Below are positions 38,381 to 50,948 of a stretch of DNA of 64,000 nucleotides, one piece after another. Location of the stretch: contig JAQGDQ010000451.1 in assembly GCA_030141605.1 (NCBI GenBank), positions 124,001 to 188,000 of the forward strand, in the 5' to 3' direction. Below the pieces are notes generated by a model, which saw only the letters and a program-made list of their open reading frames with translations, had not been told where the DNA came from and did not search any database. The DNA is from Tubiluchus corallicola. Taxonomy: Eukaryota; Animalia; Priapulida. Numbering within the stretch: position 1 is the first letter of the stretch; each line of letters begins with the position of its first letter. A program made the position numbers and the translations under genes.

Positions 38381-39352
38381 CTTTAAGAAAATCAAGGCTG
38401 TTGCTATTCTGAAATTCTGGGCAAGTATTCCTACTAAGCTTATACTTACGCTTTGTGTATTGTTGTGCATTTGTGAGCAAATGTTGTGCAGTCTATCGTA
38501 CTATAAGTATGCATTGCAATTTCACAATTAGCGATGACTACAGAAAAATGATTTGCTGCCTTAAGAGATTTCATTTCAGGAAACCCGCCACTATCTATGA
38601 TCACACGTTCGGTATTTTATTCCTGTTTTTTTTTAGAAAATAAGTATTTTGCATGAATTAGAAAAAAAACGTAATGTTTCCAAAATTGGCTTTTCATAGA
38701 AGAAATTTTTCTTTCCGTTAACAAATTAATGACTCACGTAACCACTAAATTAGTCATAAACTTTTTTCGCTATTAACAAAATTGCAGCTGTAGTTTTTCG
38801 TTTGCCTGTAACATAATTTAACATTTCCTTTCGTCGCCTGATTTATGTTTGCATGGTGACGTCATGTAAGTGCCGTCGGAACAGTATTTTATTGCAATAT
38901 CGTTGCTAATTTAAGATTTCATGACGTCACTATGTTTGCATAGTGATGTCATGTAAGTGCCGTCGTACGATATTTTATTGCAATATCGTTGCTAATTTAA
39001 GATTTCCCACATTGCTTTTATTCGGTGAAAACGAAACCACTTCTCTCCTGTGTTTAATCTGTTTTAAGCACGTTTCAAAAAGACACTATAGAAAGGGATT
39101 TGGTACGTTAACGCCTTTTAATGGTAGAAGCTCAATGGACTTTGCTGACCGAATCCCAAAAGCTTCCAATTCATCAGTGGTCATCCTTGCATGGCGGGCG
39201 CCATTTAAGCTGCTTAAAATTCTATTAAGAGGAGATTCACAACAGGAAAAGAGAAAAATGTATGAAAAGGCACTTTGCGAATAATTTTTGTCGAACATGT
39301 CATTTGACAAACTTAATCTTGCTTACTAGCTGAAGTCGGTGGAAGGAGGTGC

Positions 39353-40029
39353 TTAAAGGACAAGAAAAGGGGTACCTAAAGGAGGTTTCAGAAAAATCGC
39401 TTTAAAAATTATATTAATTTGCAGCAATTTTATGCGTATATCGTACTCGCGTTGAAAGGATTTTTTGTTTGTTTTTATTTTTAATTTCCCTCAATACTGT
39501 TCCGACGGCACTTACATGACGTCACTACGCAAACATAAATCAGGGGAAGAAAAGGAAATGTTAAACTGTGTCCCAAAAAAACTTTCCATGCAAAGCTATA
39601 TTACTTAGCATTTCGTCTACCTGCTGAAAAGACTTATGTAATTAGAAAAAAAATTAATTATTTAAAATGCGTTCACGAATTGGTAAAATGTCACTGACTC
39701 ACCCTCCAGGGTGCACCACTCACTAACCAAAAACGTATTTTTAGACTTATTGACAAGATACAGTAATTTAAAATTTGACTTAGTTAGCGACATGCGTGCT
39801 GCTAAATCTTTGATTATTTTTTCAAACTTTACACAATGTTATCTAAACCTGTTTCAAATGACTTATCGTCCAAACGGCTGCGTTTAACCGGTAGGGTCAT
39901 CGCGGGAATTTAAATTTACATGTTTTAGACAGCGTTACTGCCGACGCAAGCATGCGAAAAGGCAGTATGTAAAATTTCAAGACGAATTTTTTAAGCTTTG
40001 CGTAAGTGGAGGGTTTACTTGTGCTTTAA
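39353..40029 (+). mobile_element. Kolobok-like family A copy 3
   Basis: TTAA|AGGACAAGAAAA ... TTTACTTGTGCT|TTAA; AG...CT termini and TTAA target duplication. Confidence 0.85.
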
Positions 40030-41458
40030 AGGACATAATTTACTGTCTTTTATACCTTTTATTACCTATATTAATTATTACATTCGTCTGACACTTTTAG
40101 CTACGTCAATTTGCAAACTTGAATAACTTGACGAGCGCTGGGTGGTGATGACGTCACTGCTGGGTAAAATCAACAACAGCAAGAACTTTCTATAAGCGTT
40201 TCACAAACGTTTGCAAAACCGAAATTTAAAGTCTGATGCTCTCCGGGATATTAATGAAACAAAAGACTCGTGAAATATTTAAGTTCACATCTTCTTCGCT
40301 TCTTGTTGTGTGGTACGTCGGCTGTTTTCCTATGCGCACAGTTCCAATAACCAGGCACTGTTGCCCGTCTAAGTGCATAAGGCTAGTATCATCATTGAAA
40401 AACTAGCGAAGTTAAACACTCTTTAATTGTTCAATGTATTTCATTTCTAAAAAAATTAATATCTTCCTTTTCGCGCCTCAGATTATTTTGCACTATGGCA
40501 TAAAATTCGATGGTGTTCTCCTTTAATTCCTTACAAACACTGTGTTGAAAACAGCAAGTTTAAGACGTAAACGAATTGAAGATTTCGCAGTAGATTTGCT
40601 ATTTTTCTATTGCAGCAGTATGCAGTGGAGGTGACTTTTTACAGCTTCTCCAGCTTTTGGAACAGGTGCTGACATCGGCACGCACAGTTTGTTGTCCGGG
40701 AGAGAATTTACGCGTCTTTCTTTGAAAAATTTTCAATGACCGGTGCAGAATTTTCGGGAAACCCTATATGAGCATGGCTTCTTTCTTCTCGTGTATGTTT
40801 TTCCATGTTTCAGTCTACACTTTCATACGAGTGCTTGAGTTTTAGTACTTGTTTACCGACTAGAGCCGAGGATGCTTCAGTGCTGAGTGATTTAACTGAC
40901 AAGATACCAATCAGCATGTTTCTGGTGTACATCAATCATTCGTAGAGGGCGCGCTTCACGCTTTAATGGGGGGGGGGGGTGAGGTAGAGACGACCAAGTG
41001 GACAACGTTCTGTAATGAACTCGGCAATAAAACACAACTAACTACAACTTTGTCAAATGTTCTGATATTATCATCTCATTTTGTGAAGTTCAGTCCATAT
41101 CGAACATTTTACTGTTCTTCAATATCCCCCCCCCCAAGCAAATTTCGTTTAAGTATCAAAAGATTTGGAAAAGTAATTTTCATTGTTTAAAATATATACA
41201 TAAAAACATAAAAATGTAAATGAAACATAGGTGATAGTTATGCGGAATGACTTCTTACTTAATTGTCCCTTAATTAAGGCAGCCCCCCCCCCGCTCTCTC
41301 TCGAACAGTTTAGAACAGGCTTCCGTGTACTGCGCAGTGTGCATACATAATACTCTAATGAACCTGGTTGCCATCCAAGTGAGTTACATTTACTGTTTGT
41401 TGTTAAATAAATAGATCAGTTAACCAGTTGTGAGATAAATAGATCGAATGCTGTAAAT

Positions 41459-41886
41459 GGTGCAAACTGCGGCCCGGGGGCCACTTGCGGCCCGCCGAGA
41501 GATCTTGTGCGGCCCGCGAAGAGGTTTGTCAACGTAATGAAAGTGCGGCCCACGCGATCCAGCTGAAGTCTGCGCCAATATCGCAAAGATAGTGCGGGTA
41601 GTTTTTTCCTCTAGATCGGATGGCATTAACCCTTACAAGACCGTTGTCACTTAATGTCACTGTCGGACATGACGAAATATATGGTTTTTAATATAAATTT
41701 TGATAACTTCTAAAATAGTTTCTTGAGTGTAGTAGTGCAGTAGTAATGATGTGCGCAAATCGGATGCAAAAAAAATCGTTATTAGGTCCTACTGTACTTG
41801 GCTCCTTGACCAAACTGCATGTGGCCCACAGGAATTGCGGGAATGTTTAATGTGGCCCGGCTAGTCAGATAATTTGCACACCCCTG
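41459..41886. mobile_element. hAT-type (Charlie-like) MITE, left tip damaged
   Basis: Left GTGCAAACTGCGGCCC followed by repeated GCGGCCC subterminal motifs; right TTTGCACACCCCTG. Confidence 0.75.
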
Positions 41887-42723
41887 CTCTAATGAACCAG
41901 TTAGCCAGTTGTGAGATAATTAGATCGAATACTGTAACTGTTAGCCATTTAAAACTGCCATGTCATTAGACTACAATTAACTACTTTCTGTTTACCAGCT
42001 AATCAATGTTCAAAGTAGTATTTGTGAATCTTTTTCAGTGATGACGTCCCGAACTCATGTAGGTGTAGTCCTTTCAATGGCGCCCTCTTAATCGTCCCCC
42101 CTCCACGTGATGTACTGGAAGGCGGACAACTACTCGTATATTCTTATAAACAAAAAATCTCTTTGTGCAAAGGAGTTCTTATTTTTTTATATTTTCATTT
42201 TTTACCATTACATTTAATTCAATGATTACGTTATGTATCCAGCGCTAATGCAATTATGTGAAAAGGAACGACGCAAAATTAATGACAAATTTGTGGGCCC
42301 CCTAGTCACTAACAATGGCATCCCCGAAGCTCATTGTTGTGGTGGGGAAGTAGCACAGACCTTCTTTATAATCATAAAAAGTCTGCCAATATGTGCGTAG
42401 TATGAAATCTGTAACTTTTTATATATGCATCATATTAAAATGTTACCACTCTCTCTGCATAAAAAGCATGTTGTATGTAAGGCACTTAATGGACGGAGGG
42501 AGTAGTTGAGTAGTCAGAGGATCCGCTAGCGTTTAAAGTTAAGCAAACCTGAACCTAAAGAGAAAATTGATGGATCATTCCAGGAAAATTGTATTTGGGG
42601 GAAGGGTTGATCTGCCGTACTATCTCGACTATTTCTCGCATTGGCTTATCCTAATCCGGACACCTCTGTTAATCCAGTGGCTCATCTTTACTGAATTATG
42701 CTTAATAATGCGATGATTCCGGT

Positions 42724-42998
42724 TTAAATTTTGACACAAAACTTAATTAACAGAAAGTGTAAAAAAGTTGAATTCACAGCTTGGATTTGAACAAGGGCCT
42801 TTCTGCTTACAAGGCAGACGCTTTGGACCACTTGGCCGCTAAATATCCCTGTGGGCAGTTCAAATTTCATCCCTATATCTGGCCAACCAAGTTCAGCATT
42901 TCCACACACTAGAGACACTGAAGGTACCTGGTTCAACTCACGCTGTGTCCCAACTTTTTCACATTTCGTGTAATTCAAGTTTTTGTGCCAAAATTTAA
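42724..42998. mobile_element. Palindromic element with two outward-facing tRNA-like heads (best copy)
   Basis: ~80-90-bp imperfect inverted repeats starting TTAAATTTTG(A/G)CACAAAA. The left arm on the minus strand reads GGCCAAGTGG..TCTGC-CTTGTAA-GCAGA..GTTCAAATCC (tRNA-Thr(UGU)-like); the right arm has GGTTCAACTC on the plus strand. Confidence 0.7.
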
Positions 42999-43505
42999 TG
43001 AAATGTAGGCTTGTTGCATCGTTAACAATAATCTTTATGTTAAGATTATAATAATTAATTAAAGAGAAGACTAATTATCCTGCGTTTGAATTCAAATTTA
43101 GGACCCAGGTGGCAGGGCCCAGTGCAGTCCTCTTTTTTTATAAGAAATAGTCCTAATATTGACGCATGAAGCCAGTTATATTCACCTTGGCATCTCATGT
43201 TTTCCTTTCCTGTTAAGCAGACACGCAATTAAGGACAGTGAAGCTTTTGTGTCGCCTTATCTCCCAGCGTTTGGCTTCTCTAATGACAAAAGCTGCTTAC
43301 TGCAAGCATCACCCAGACCTTCTGCACGACTGTACGTAATTAGAAGCTGTTGCTAATCCAGTTAAAGAAGTTTGAAGACAATCTTGCTCGGCAAATGAGA
43401 AAGTCTGCGTGGCAGTTAATTAACCCTTTGCCTAGTTTCTTGCATGTAGTAGATACATTTACCTAGTGTATACAGGCGTCTTTGTACTTGTCATTGAAAT
43501 TTGCA

Positions 43506-44891
43506 TTTGTTTCCGGTATGTTTGAGCAAATACACTAACGTACTCAACACCAAGCTGATGGGGGGTCGTACTCACTGTGGATGAAGCTTTTGTTGCCGGT
43601 ATGTTTGAGCAAATACACTAACGTACTCAACACCAAGCTGATGGGGTCGTACTCACTGTGGATGAAGCTTTTGTTGCCGGTACGTTTGAGCAAATACACT
43701 AACGTACTCAACACCAAGCTGATGGGGTCGTACTCACTGTGGATGAAGCTTTTGTTGCTGGTATGTTTGAGCAAATACACTAACGTACTCAACACCAAGC
43801 TGATGGGGTCGTACTCACTGTAGATGAAGCGTTTGTTGCCGGTATGTTTGAGCAAATACACTAACGTACTCAACACCAAGCTGATGGGGTCGTACTCACT
43901 GTGGATGAAGCTTTTGTTGCCGGTACGTTTGAGCAAATACACTAACGTACTCAACACCAAGCTGATGGGGTCGTACTCACTGTGGATGAAGCTTTTGTTG
44001 CCGGTATGTTTGAGCAAATACACTAACGTACTCAACACCAAGCTGATGGGGGGTCGTACTCATTGTGGATGAAGCTTTTGTTGTCGGTATGTTTGAGCAA
44101 ATACACTAACGTACTCAACACCAAGCTGATGGGGTCGCACTCACTGTGGATGAAGCTTTTGTTGCCGGTATGTTTGAGCAAATACACTAACTTACTCAAC
44201 ACCAAGCTGATGGGGTTGTACTCACTGTGGATGAAGCTTTTGTTGCTGGTATGTTTGAGCAAATACACTAACGTACTCAACACCAAGCTGATGGGGGGTC
44301 GTACTCACTGTGGATGCAGCATTTGTTGCCGGTGTGTTTGAGCAAATACACTAACGTACTCAAGACCAAGCTGATGGCGTCGTACTCACTGTGGATGAAG
44401 CTTTTGTTGCCGGTATGTTTGAGCAAATACACTAACGTACTCAACACCAAGCTGATGGCGTCGTACTCACTGTGGATGAAGCTTTTGTTGCCGATATGTT
44501 TGAGTAAATACACTAACGTACTCAACACTAAGCTGAAGGGGTCGTACTCACTGTGGATGAAGCTTTTGTTGCCGGTATGTTTGAGCAAATACACTAACGT
44601 ACTCAACACCAAGCTGATGGGGTCGTACTCACTGTGGATGAAGCTTTTGTTGCTGGTATGTTTGAGCAAATACACTAACGTACTCAACATCAGGCTGATG
44701 GGGTCGTACTCACTGTGGATGAAGCTTTTGTTGCCGGTATGTTTGAGCAAATACACTAACGTACTCAACACCAAGCTGATGGGGTCGCACTCACTGTGGA
44801 TGAAGCTTTTGTTGCCGGTATGTTTGAGCAAATACACTAACGTACTCAACACCAAGCTGATGGGGTCGTACTCACTGTGGATGAAGCTTTG
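43506..44891. repeat. 81-bp minisatellite, ~17 copies
   Basis: Unit TTTGTTGCCGGTATGTTTGAGCAAATACACTAACGTACTCAACACCAAGCTGATGGGGTCGTACTCACTGTGGATGAAGCT; three units carry an extra GG. Confidence 0.97.
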
Positions 44892-44892
44892 C

Positions 44893-45581
44893 ACTATTGT
44901 AACGACTGATCTTTGTAAACGCAGGTTGTTTCAAATGCTTCAAAAACAAAAGAAACTATTGTAATGGCTGATCTTTGTAAACGCAGGTTGTTTCAAATGC
45001 TTCAAAAACAAAAGAAACTATTGTAATGGCTGATCTTTGTAAACGCAGGTTGTTTCAAACGCTTCAAAAACAAAAGAAACTATTGTAATGACTGATCTTT
45101 GTAAACGCAGGTTGTTTCAAACGCTTCAAAAACAAAAGAAACTATTGTAATGGCTGATCTTTGTAAACGCAGGTTGTTTCAAATGCTTCAAAAACAAAAG
45201 AAACTATTGTAATGGCTGATCTTTGTAAACGCAGGTTGTTTCAAATGCTTCAAAAACAAAAGAAACTATTGTAATGGCTGATCTTTGTAAATGAATGTTG
45301 TTGCAAATGCTTCAAAAACAAAAGAAACTATTGTAATGGCTGATCTTTGTAAACGAAGGTTGTTTCAAATGCTTCAAAAACAAAAAAAACTATTGTAATG
45401 GCTGATCTTCGTAAACGCAGGTTGTTTCAAATGCTTCAAAAACAAAAAAAACTATTGTAATGGCTGATCTTTGTAAACGCAGATTGTTTCAAATGCTTCA
45501 AAAACAAAAGAAACTATTGTAATGGCTGATCTTCGTAAACGCAGGTTGTTTCAAATGCTTCAAAAACAAAAGAAACTATTG
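44893..45581. repeat. 62-bp minisatellite, ~11 copies
   Basis: Unit ACTATTGTAATGGCTGATCTTTGTAAACGCAGGTTGTTTCAAATGCTTCAAAAACAAAAGAA; abuts the 81-bp array. Confidence 0.97.
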
Positions 45582-46061
45582 CTAAGTTTTAGAAAAGAGC
45601 TGGGTGAAAACGCACCTGTGCTTATAAATAAAAAAGCCATGAAAATTGTTCAAGATTTCAAATTTCTGGGAATAAAATTTTCAGAGGATCTTGAAGGGGA
45701 AGGTAACATGCTCTGTTGTATAAAAAAGGCCCTTCAGCATCTGTACTGTTTAACACAACTTGAATCATTTAACATTGCCCCTGTAATGATGGAGAGCTTT
45801 ATCAGACAATAATTGAGAGTGTCTCCTCACTGTTTGGTACGTCGCTACCACGCAGAGAGATCGCAATGCTCTTGGTCGTTAAATCCGTATCAAAAATTAT
45901 AGAAATTAAACTGCAGTCAATGTACCACATTTGCACGAGACGAGGGTCGCAAAGAGAGCGCAAGTTGTCATTAACAACGGATGTTATCTACGCAATAATT
46001 TTTTGAAATGCTCCCCTCTTGCCGTAGATATCGTTCAACTGACGCTAAAACCACAGGGAGT

Positions 46062-46680
46062 TTAAAGGTAGACAGAATAATTTTTCATATACTACCCCAT
46101 TTTCAAGTCCGATAAACAGTATACATTTTAATACAATTAATACTGCAAAAGCGTTTCTGATAATTAAATAATAGATTAAAAACTTAATGAATGGCGGGCG
46201 AGCCCAACTATTGATGTCATCACAAACTAACATAATTTCCAACAGCAAAAATATTCCACGAGCGTGTTGCACGTGTTTGTGAAAGCGAAAATTGAAGTAC
46301 AGTGCTACTGTAAGATATTCAGCGTGTTGTACTAAAACTAGGTAAGTTTTAAGATAAAAATTCAAATTTCAAATTTACCGCTGTGCTCACGCATGAGCTG
46401 TCGAACGTGTGTAGTTCGTCAGAAACTAGCACATCTAAACGGAGAGCTACAGCACCTGTTTTTGTGCAAAGCGTTTTCGAAATGCAGGCGCTAGTAACTG
46501 TCTAACAACGAACGGCGAAATGCATGTAACAGCGAAGAACTAGTGGCACGAACGTGAAATTGTGTTTGTGTGGTAATAATTATTTCACGTAAGTCATTTT
46601 TGAAAAAATAGTATGTTTCCTCAATATTTTAGAGAGTAGATTGTTTTGACCTACAGTTTAATATTGGGTCCGGTTTTTTT
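46062..46680 (+). mobile_element. Kolobok-like family B copy 3, inserted in the LINE 3' coding end
   Basis: TTAA|AGGTAGACAG ... GGGTCCGGTTTTTTT; right TTAA lost. Confidence 0.8.
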
Positions 46681-49600
46681 CAATTCTTTCTAGCCTGTTG
46701 CAGTTCACACTATCAAGAGTAAATTTCAGCAAATTTCCAATATTTCTATATCACTGTATGTAATTTATTACGTATGCAACAACAAATTGAATTCATTTGT
46801 GTTACAATATAATGACAATGAATTACTTACTTTCTGTCTAACCAACTATGGCGTGCGTTTATCGACCAAAATTAAGCAAACCCGATCACGGTCAATAATT
46901 AGATGGGTGAACTATCAGGAAAACTGCCTCTGGATACATTTTTACGGCTAGCTATCTCGTCAATGGATGTACATGGTTAAGCTTTCAGCTTCAGTGTCTC
47001 ACTTTAGAGCATTATCATCGATATCGAGCTGCGTTCCAGTCCCGCCACAAGCTCACAACTAAAAGCGGGTCCAGCCGTTACGTGCAGATCTTCAAGACTG
47101 CCGAACTGTACATAAAAAATAGACAGTTTCTATTATGTTTTAGAGAACCGTAGCTTCTTTCTTTTTGTACTTTCTGTACTTGTTCACTTTTGAAAGATTT
47201 AATTTATATTCATCTTCAAAGTTAGAGCTCAGGAATGGTCAGGGCTTTAATAGAATAAAAGACTATAGTTCACCCAAAGTGAGATTTGCATACAGTCACA
47301 GTAGGATTTTACAATCAATCAAGTTGGTTGTAGCACAAGAAAACCCTCAACTTACAATTATCTAAAAATCGTGTAATTTTTTTTATCACCTAAATACTAT
47401 TTTACTGTGCACAGAACTCGTATTAGCAGTAGCGCGGTATAAAAATTTAAACTACCGCGATGACCGTTAGCAGCCATTTAAGCGGTCAGTCGTTTGAAAC
47501 AACTTTAGACAATATTGAGTCAAGTTTAAAAACTAATCACAGCGCTCGTAGCGCACTCCTAACTAAGCAAAAGTGCAAATATGTTTATCTTGCCAATAAA
47601 ATTAGTAATGTTGGTGCACACTGGGATAGTGACACAGTGACGTTTTACCAGTTGGCGCGCATATTTCAAATTACTAAGGATTTTCTTGCATAAGTGTTTC
47701 AAACAGGTAAGCGAAATGCTAAGTTCTGTTACTTCGTATGGAAAGATTTTTGGGATATATTTCAAATTGCTTGTTGTTACTCTGTAAGCTATTGTTCACG
47801 AATGATTATTCTTGGTTTGTATGAGTGTAGCTTTATAAACTCTGAAGTTTACAAAAAAATTCAATAATAATTCTTAAATAGTTTAAATATTTGTTTCTTT
47901 TTCACGATTTTCAAAATAGTGGAGAAACTTTCAACAGTCACAAATGCGCCATTTCAGTGAGAACCTTGTTTCGCAAAAACCCCATCAGCAGAACTTCGCC
48001 AGTCATCCATACGAGCAATTAATTTTGCTCAGCCAAATTAATTAGAAGCTGCCTAATGTTTTAATTGTCAACAGTGATTCAACTTCCCGTAATAGCTAAA
48101 TTCAATAATTAGCATTTTTTGCAGAAGAAAATCTACTGTAAACAAAGTAGTACGTCACGATACACAGGAGAAAGCTGTTTGTAAAAAAATCGACTGCCAG
48201 TGACAATAATTAAATGCTATCATAAATAAATGTAGCAGGTTGAACCAGATTAAGAACTCTGTAAAGATTCAGTCACAATCAACGGCTTTTCATGATCGAA
48301 AAATAAGTCAAAAGTAACATTGGATGACATGAAGTATGTTGCAAATGAGGGATTTTTCAAGAAAATTTTTTTCAAGAAAGTCGGTTTGGCTGTGAATTAA
48401 ACTAGTCACTAGCTGTCCCATTGCAAACGAGTGTGAACATTGTAAGAACTTGTGCTGTTTAGAAAAACTGAAAGGAAACGATTCGTGAAGTTACTAACGT
48501 TGAAATAATTATAAAACCTTAAAAAAATTTCACGAACGAAACTTCCTTTTTGAGAAATTAAAAGTTATAAAATGCCTGATGAACAAATTCAAGTGTTTGT
48601 TGACTGTACCCAATTGAACGAAGACGTGTTCCTCATATATACATATATGCCCCAAGGCTACCTGGAGAAGCCATCCAAGGCCACGATATTCCTGACCGCT
48701 TACCAAACCTCGCCAATCCTGACGAGTTAACGACTTCAAACTTCTGGTCTGTAACAACCATTAAAACCTCTGTCACCGGACACTTTACAATCATTGAAAA
48801 CATACTCCAGATTCTTCAGTTTATTTGCCTACAACACTCGACTGCAGTAGGAACTGACAGTAGGAAGCGCGCTGCGCTGAAGCCATAGAAGCCAAACACT
48901 CGGCCGGTAAGACAGCATCACTTTCAACCTCCTTCGAAACACAACAGCTGCCCAGGTAACTTTTTTAACCCTTTCGCACCTTTTGTTTTCTAACGTAATG
49001 TATTTCTGTCACTCTGTCTACGTTCATTCCTACTCACAATAGCATTTATATTGAATTCAGTTTCTACTTGATTGCAAAAAAGGGTCTTTTAAGAGTCAGA
49101 AGACTTGCGTCCGCCTCCCACTTAACCTATACCCCACGGGCGGACTGTTCTGCTGGTGATTTTTGCATCTTGTCTTCATCTTGTTGCAGCATCTGGTTTG
49201 AGGAAGCAAACTGGGTCGTTAAGAAGATTTGCAGCCTGGAGAGGAGAAGGCGCACCTGTTCCTGTAGCCCGATTAGGGAAAAGTTAATCGCATTTCTGTA
49301 AAGCTTTTTTGAATCGTATGAGGCAAATAAACGTGAAATGAATTGAATTACACATTGTGAAATTGTTGCTAATAAGTCGTTTTACAGCACGTGTGATCAA
49401 AAATACTTGCGTTAATTAAGCACTTATTTAACTATATCAGTGTATATTTACTCCACTATCCAATCATTAACTTTTGAATAGTTGAATGTAATAGTTGAAG
49501 ACTTCTGAATGTAGTCAGCTAGAATTGTTACTGCTGTTTTGTCGGTCAGGTCATTTTTAAATGTAAAAGCAAGGTGAATGGTCGAGTGGTCAAAAATGAT

Positions 49601-49720
49601 ACAGGGCTGGTCACTGAATGGGTGGGTGACCACCTGGGCATAATACTCACTGTGGGAAGTTTCTTTCGCCATGCTACCTCTGGGCGAACGTGGATTAATG
49701 CAGACAATGCTGCTGGTCCG

Positions 49721-49849
49721 TGATGATAATGATGATGATGGTGGTGGTGGTGGTGATGATGATCATGATGATGATGATGATGGTGGTTATGGTGATGGTT
49801 ATGGTGATGATGATGATGGTAGTGGTGGCGGCGATGGTGGTGGTATTGG

Positions 49850-49895
<46 letters not shown>

Positions 49896-50890
49896 AATGG
49901 TGGTGGTGGTGATGATGGTGATAATGTTAATGATGATGATGATGAAAGTGGTGGTGGTGGTGGTATTAGTGATGATGATGATTATGATGGTAATGATGAT
50001 CGTGATGCTGATGATGATGAAGATGACGTAGCATGTGCTCACTAAGTTGTTGCACCACTAATTACAAAGACTAGGATTCTAACGAATCACTGCACGTCTT
50101 TCATTAGTCTTCAGATCAAATTTACTTTGTTCATGAGAAAACAGTCAGTAATACTGAAGTCTGAAATTAGTGATTCCCGCTAAACACACACTGCTGTGTA
50201 ATCATTTCCTGTATAAAAATAGGAAAACAACACAAGGCTGGGATCGCATGATGATGATGATGGTGGTGGTAGCCGTGGTAGTGATGGTGGTGGTGGTGAT
50301 GGTGATGGTGATGGTGGTGGTGATGATGATGATGATGATAATGATGATGATGGTGGTGGTGGTGGTGATGATGATCATGATGATGATGATGGTGGTGGTG
50401 GTGGTGGTGGTGGTGGTGATGATGATGATGGTAGGGGTGGCGGTGGTGGTGGTATTGGTGATGATGATGATGATAATGGTGGTGGTGGTGATGGTGATGA
50501 TGATGTTGATGATGATGATGTTGAAAGTGGTGGTGGTGGTATTAGTGATGATGATGATTATGATGGTAATGATGATCGTGATGCTGATGATGATGAAGAT
50601 GACGTAGCATGTGCTCACTAAGTTGTTGCACCACTAATTACAAAGACTAGGATTCTAACGAATCACTGCACGTCTTTCATTAGTCTTCAGATCAAATTTA
50701 CTTTGTTCATGAGAAAACAGTCAGTAATACTGAAGTCTGAAATTAGTGATTCCCGCTAAATACACACTGCTGTGTAATCATTTCCTGTATAAAAATAGGA
50801 AAACAACACAAGGCTGGGATCGCATGATGATGATGATGGTGGTGGTAGCCGTGGTAGTGATGGTGGTGGTGGTAATGGTGATGGTGGTGG

Positions 50891-50948
<58 letters not shown>

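Larger units (their letters stand above)
43455..46832 (+). mobile_element. Decayed Rex1/Babar-like LINE, interrupted by two minisatellites and a DNA transposon
   Basis: NASKTKE/LLLSFRK..APVLINKKAMKIVQDFKFLGIKFSEDL....CIKKALQHLYCL..L..F, then IIESV..TVWY, F.MLPSCRRYRS, and after the insertion NSF*PVAV. The 3' end has ATGACAATGAA followed by (TTAC)n. Confidence 0.82.

Noticed and set aside
42775-42845. Functional tRNA-Thr(UGU) gene (also 52300-52370)
   Set aside because: The anticodon arm and boxes are present but there is no paired acceptor stem, and the copies are diverged and embedded in a repeat.
43544-44964. 27-aa repeat proteins on both strands
   Set aside because: Translations of the 81-bp minisatellite, broken by GG indels and stops.
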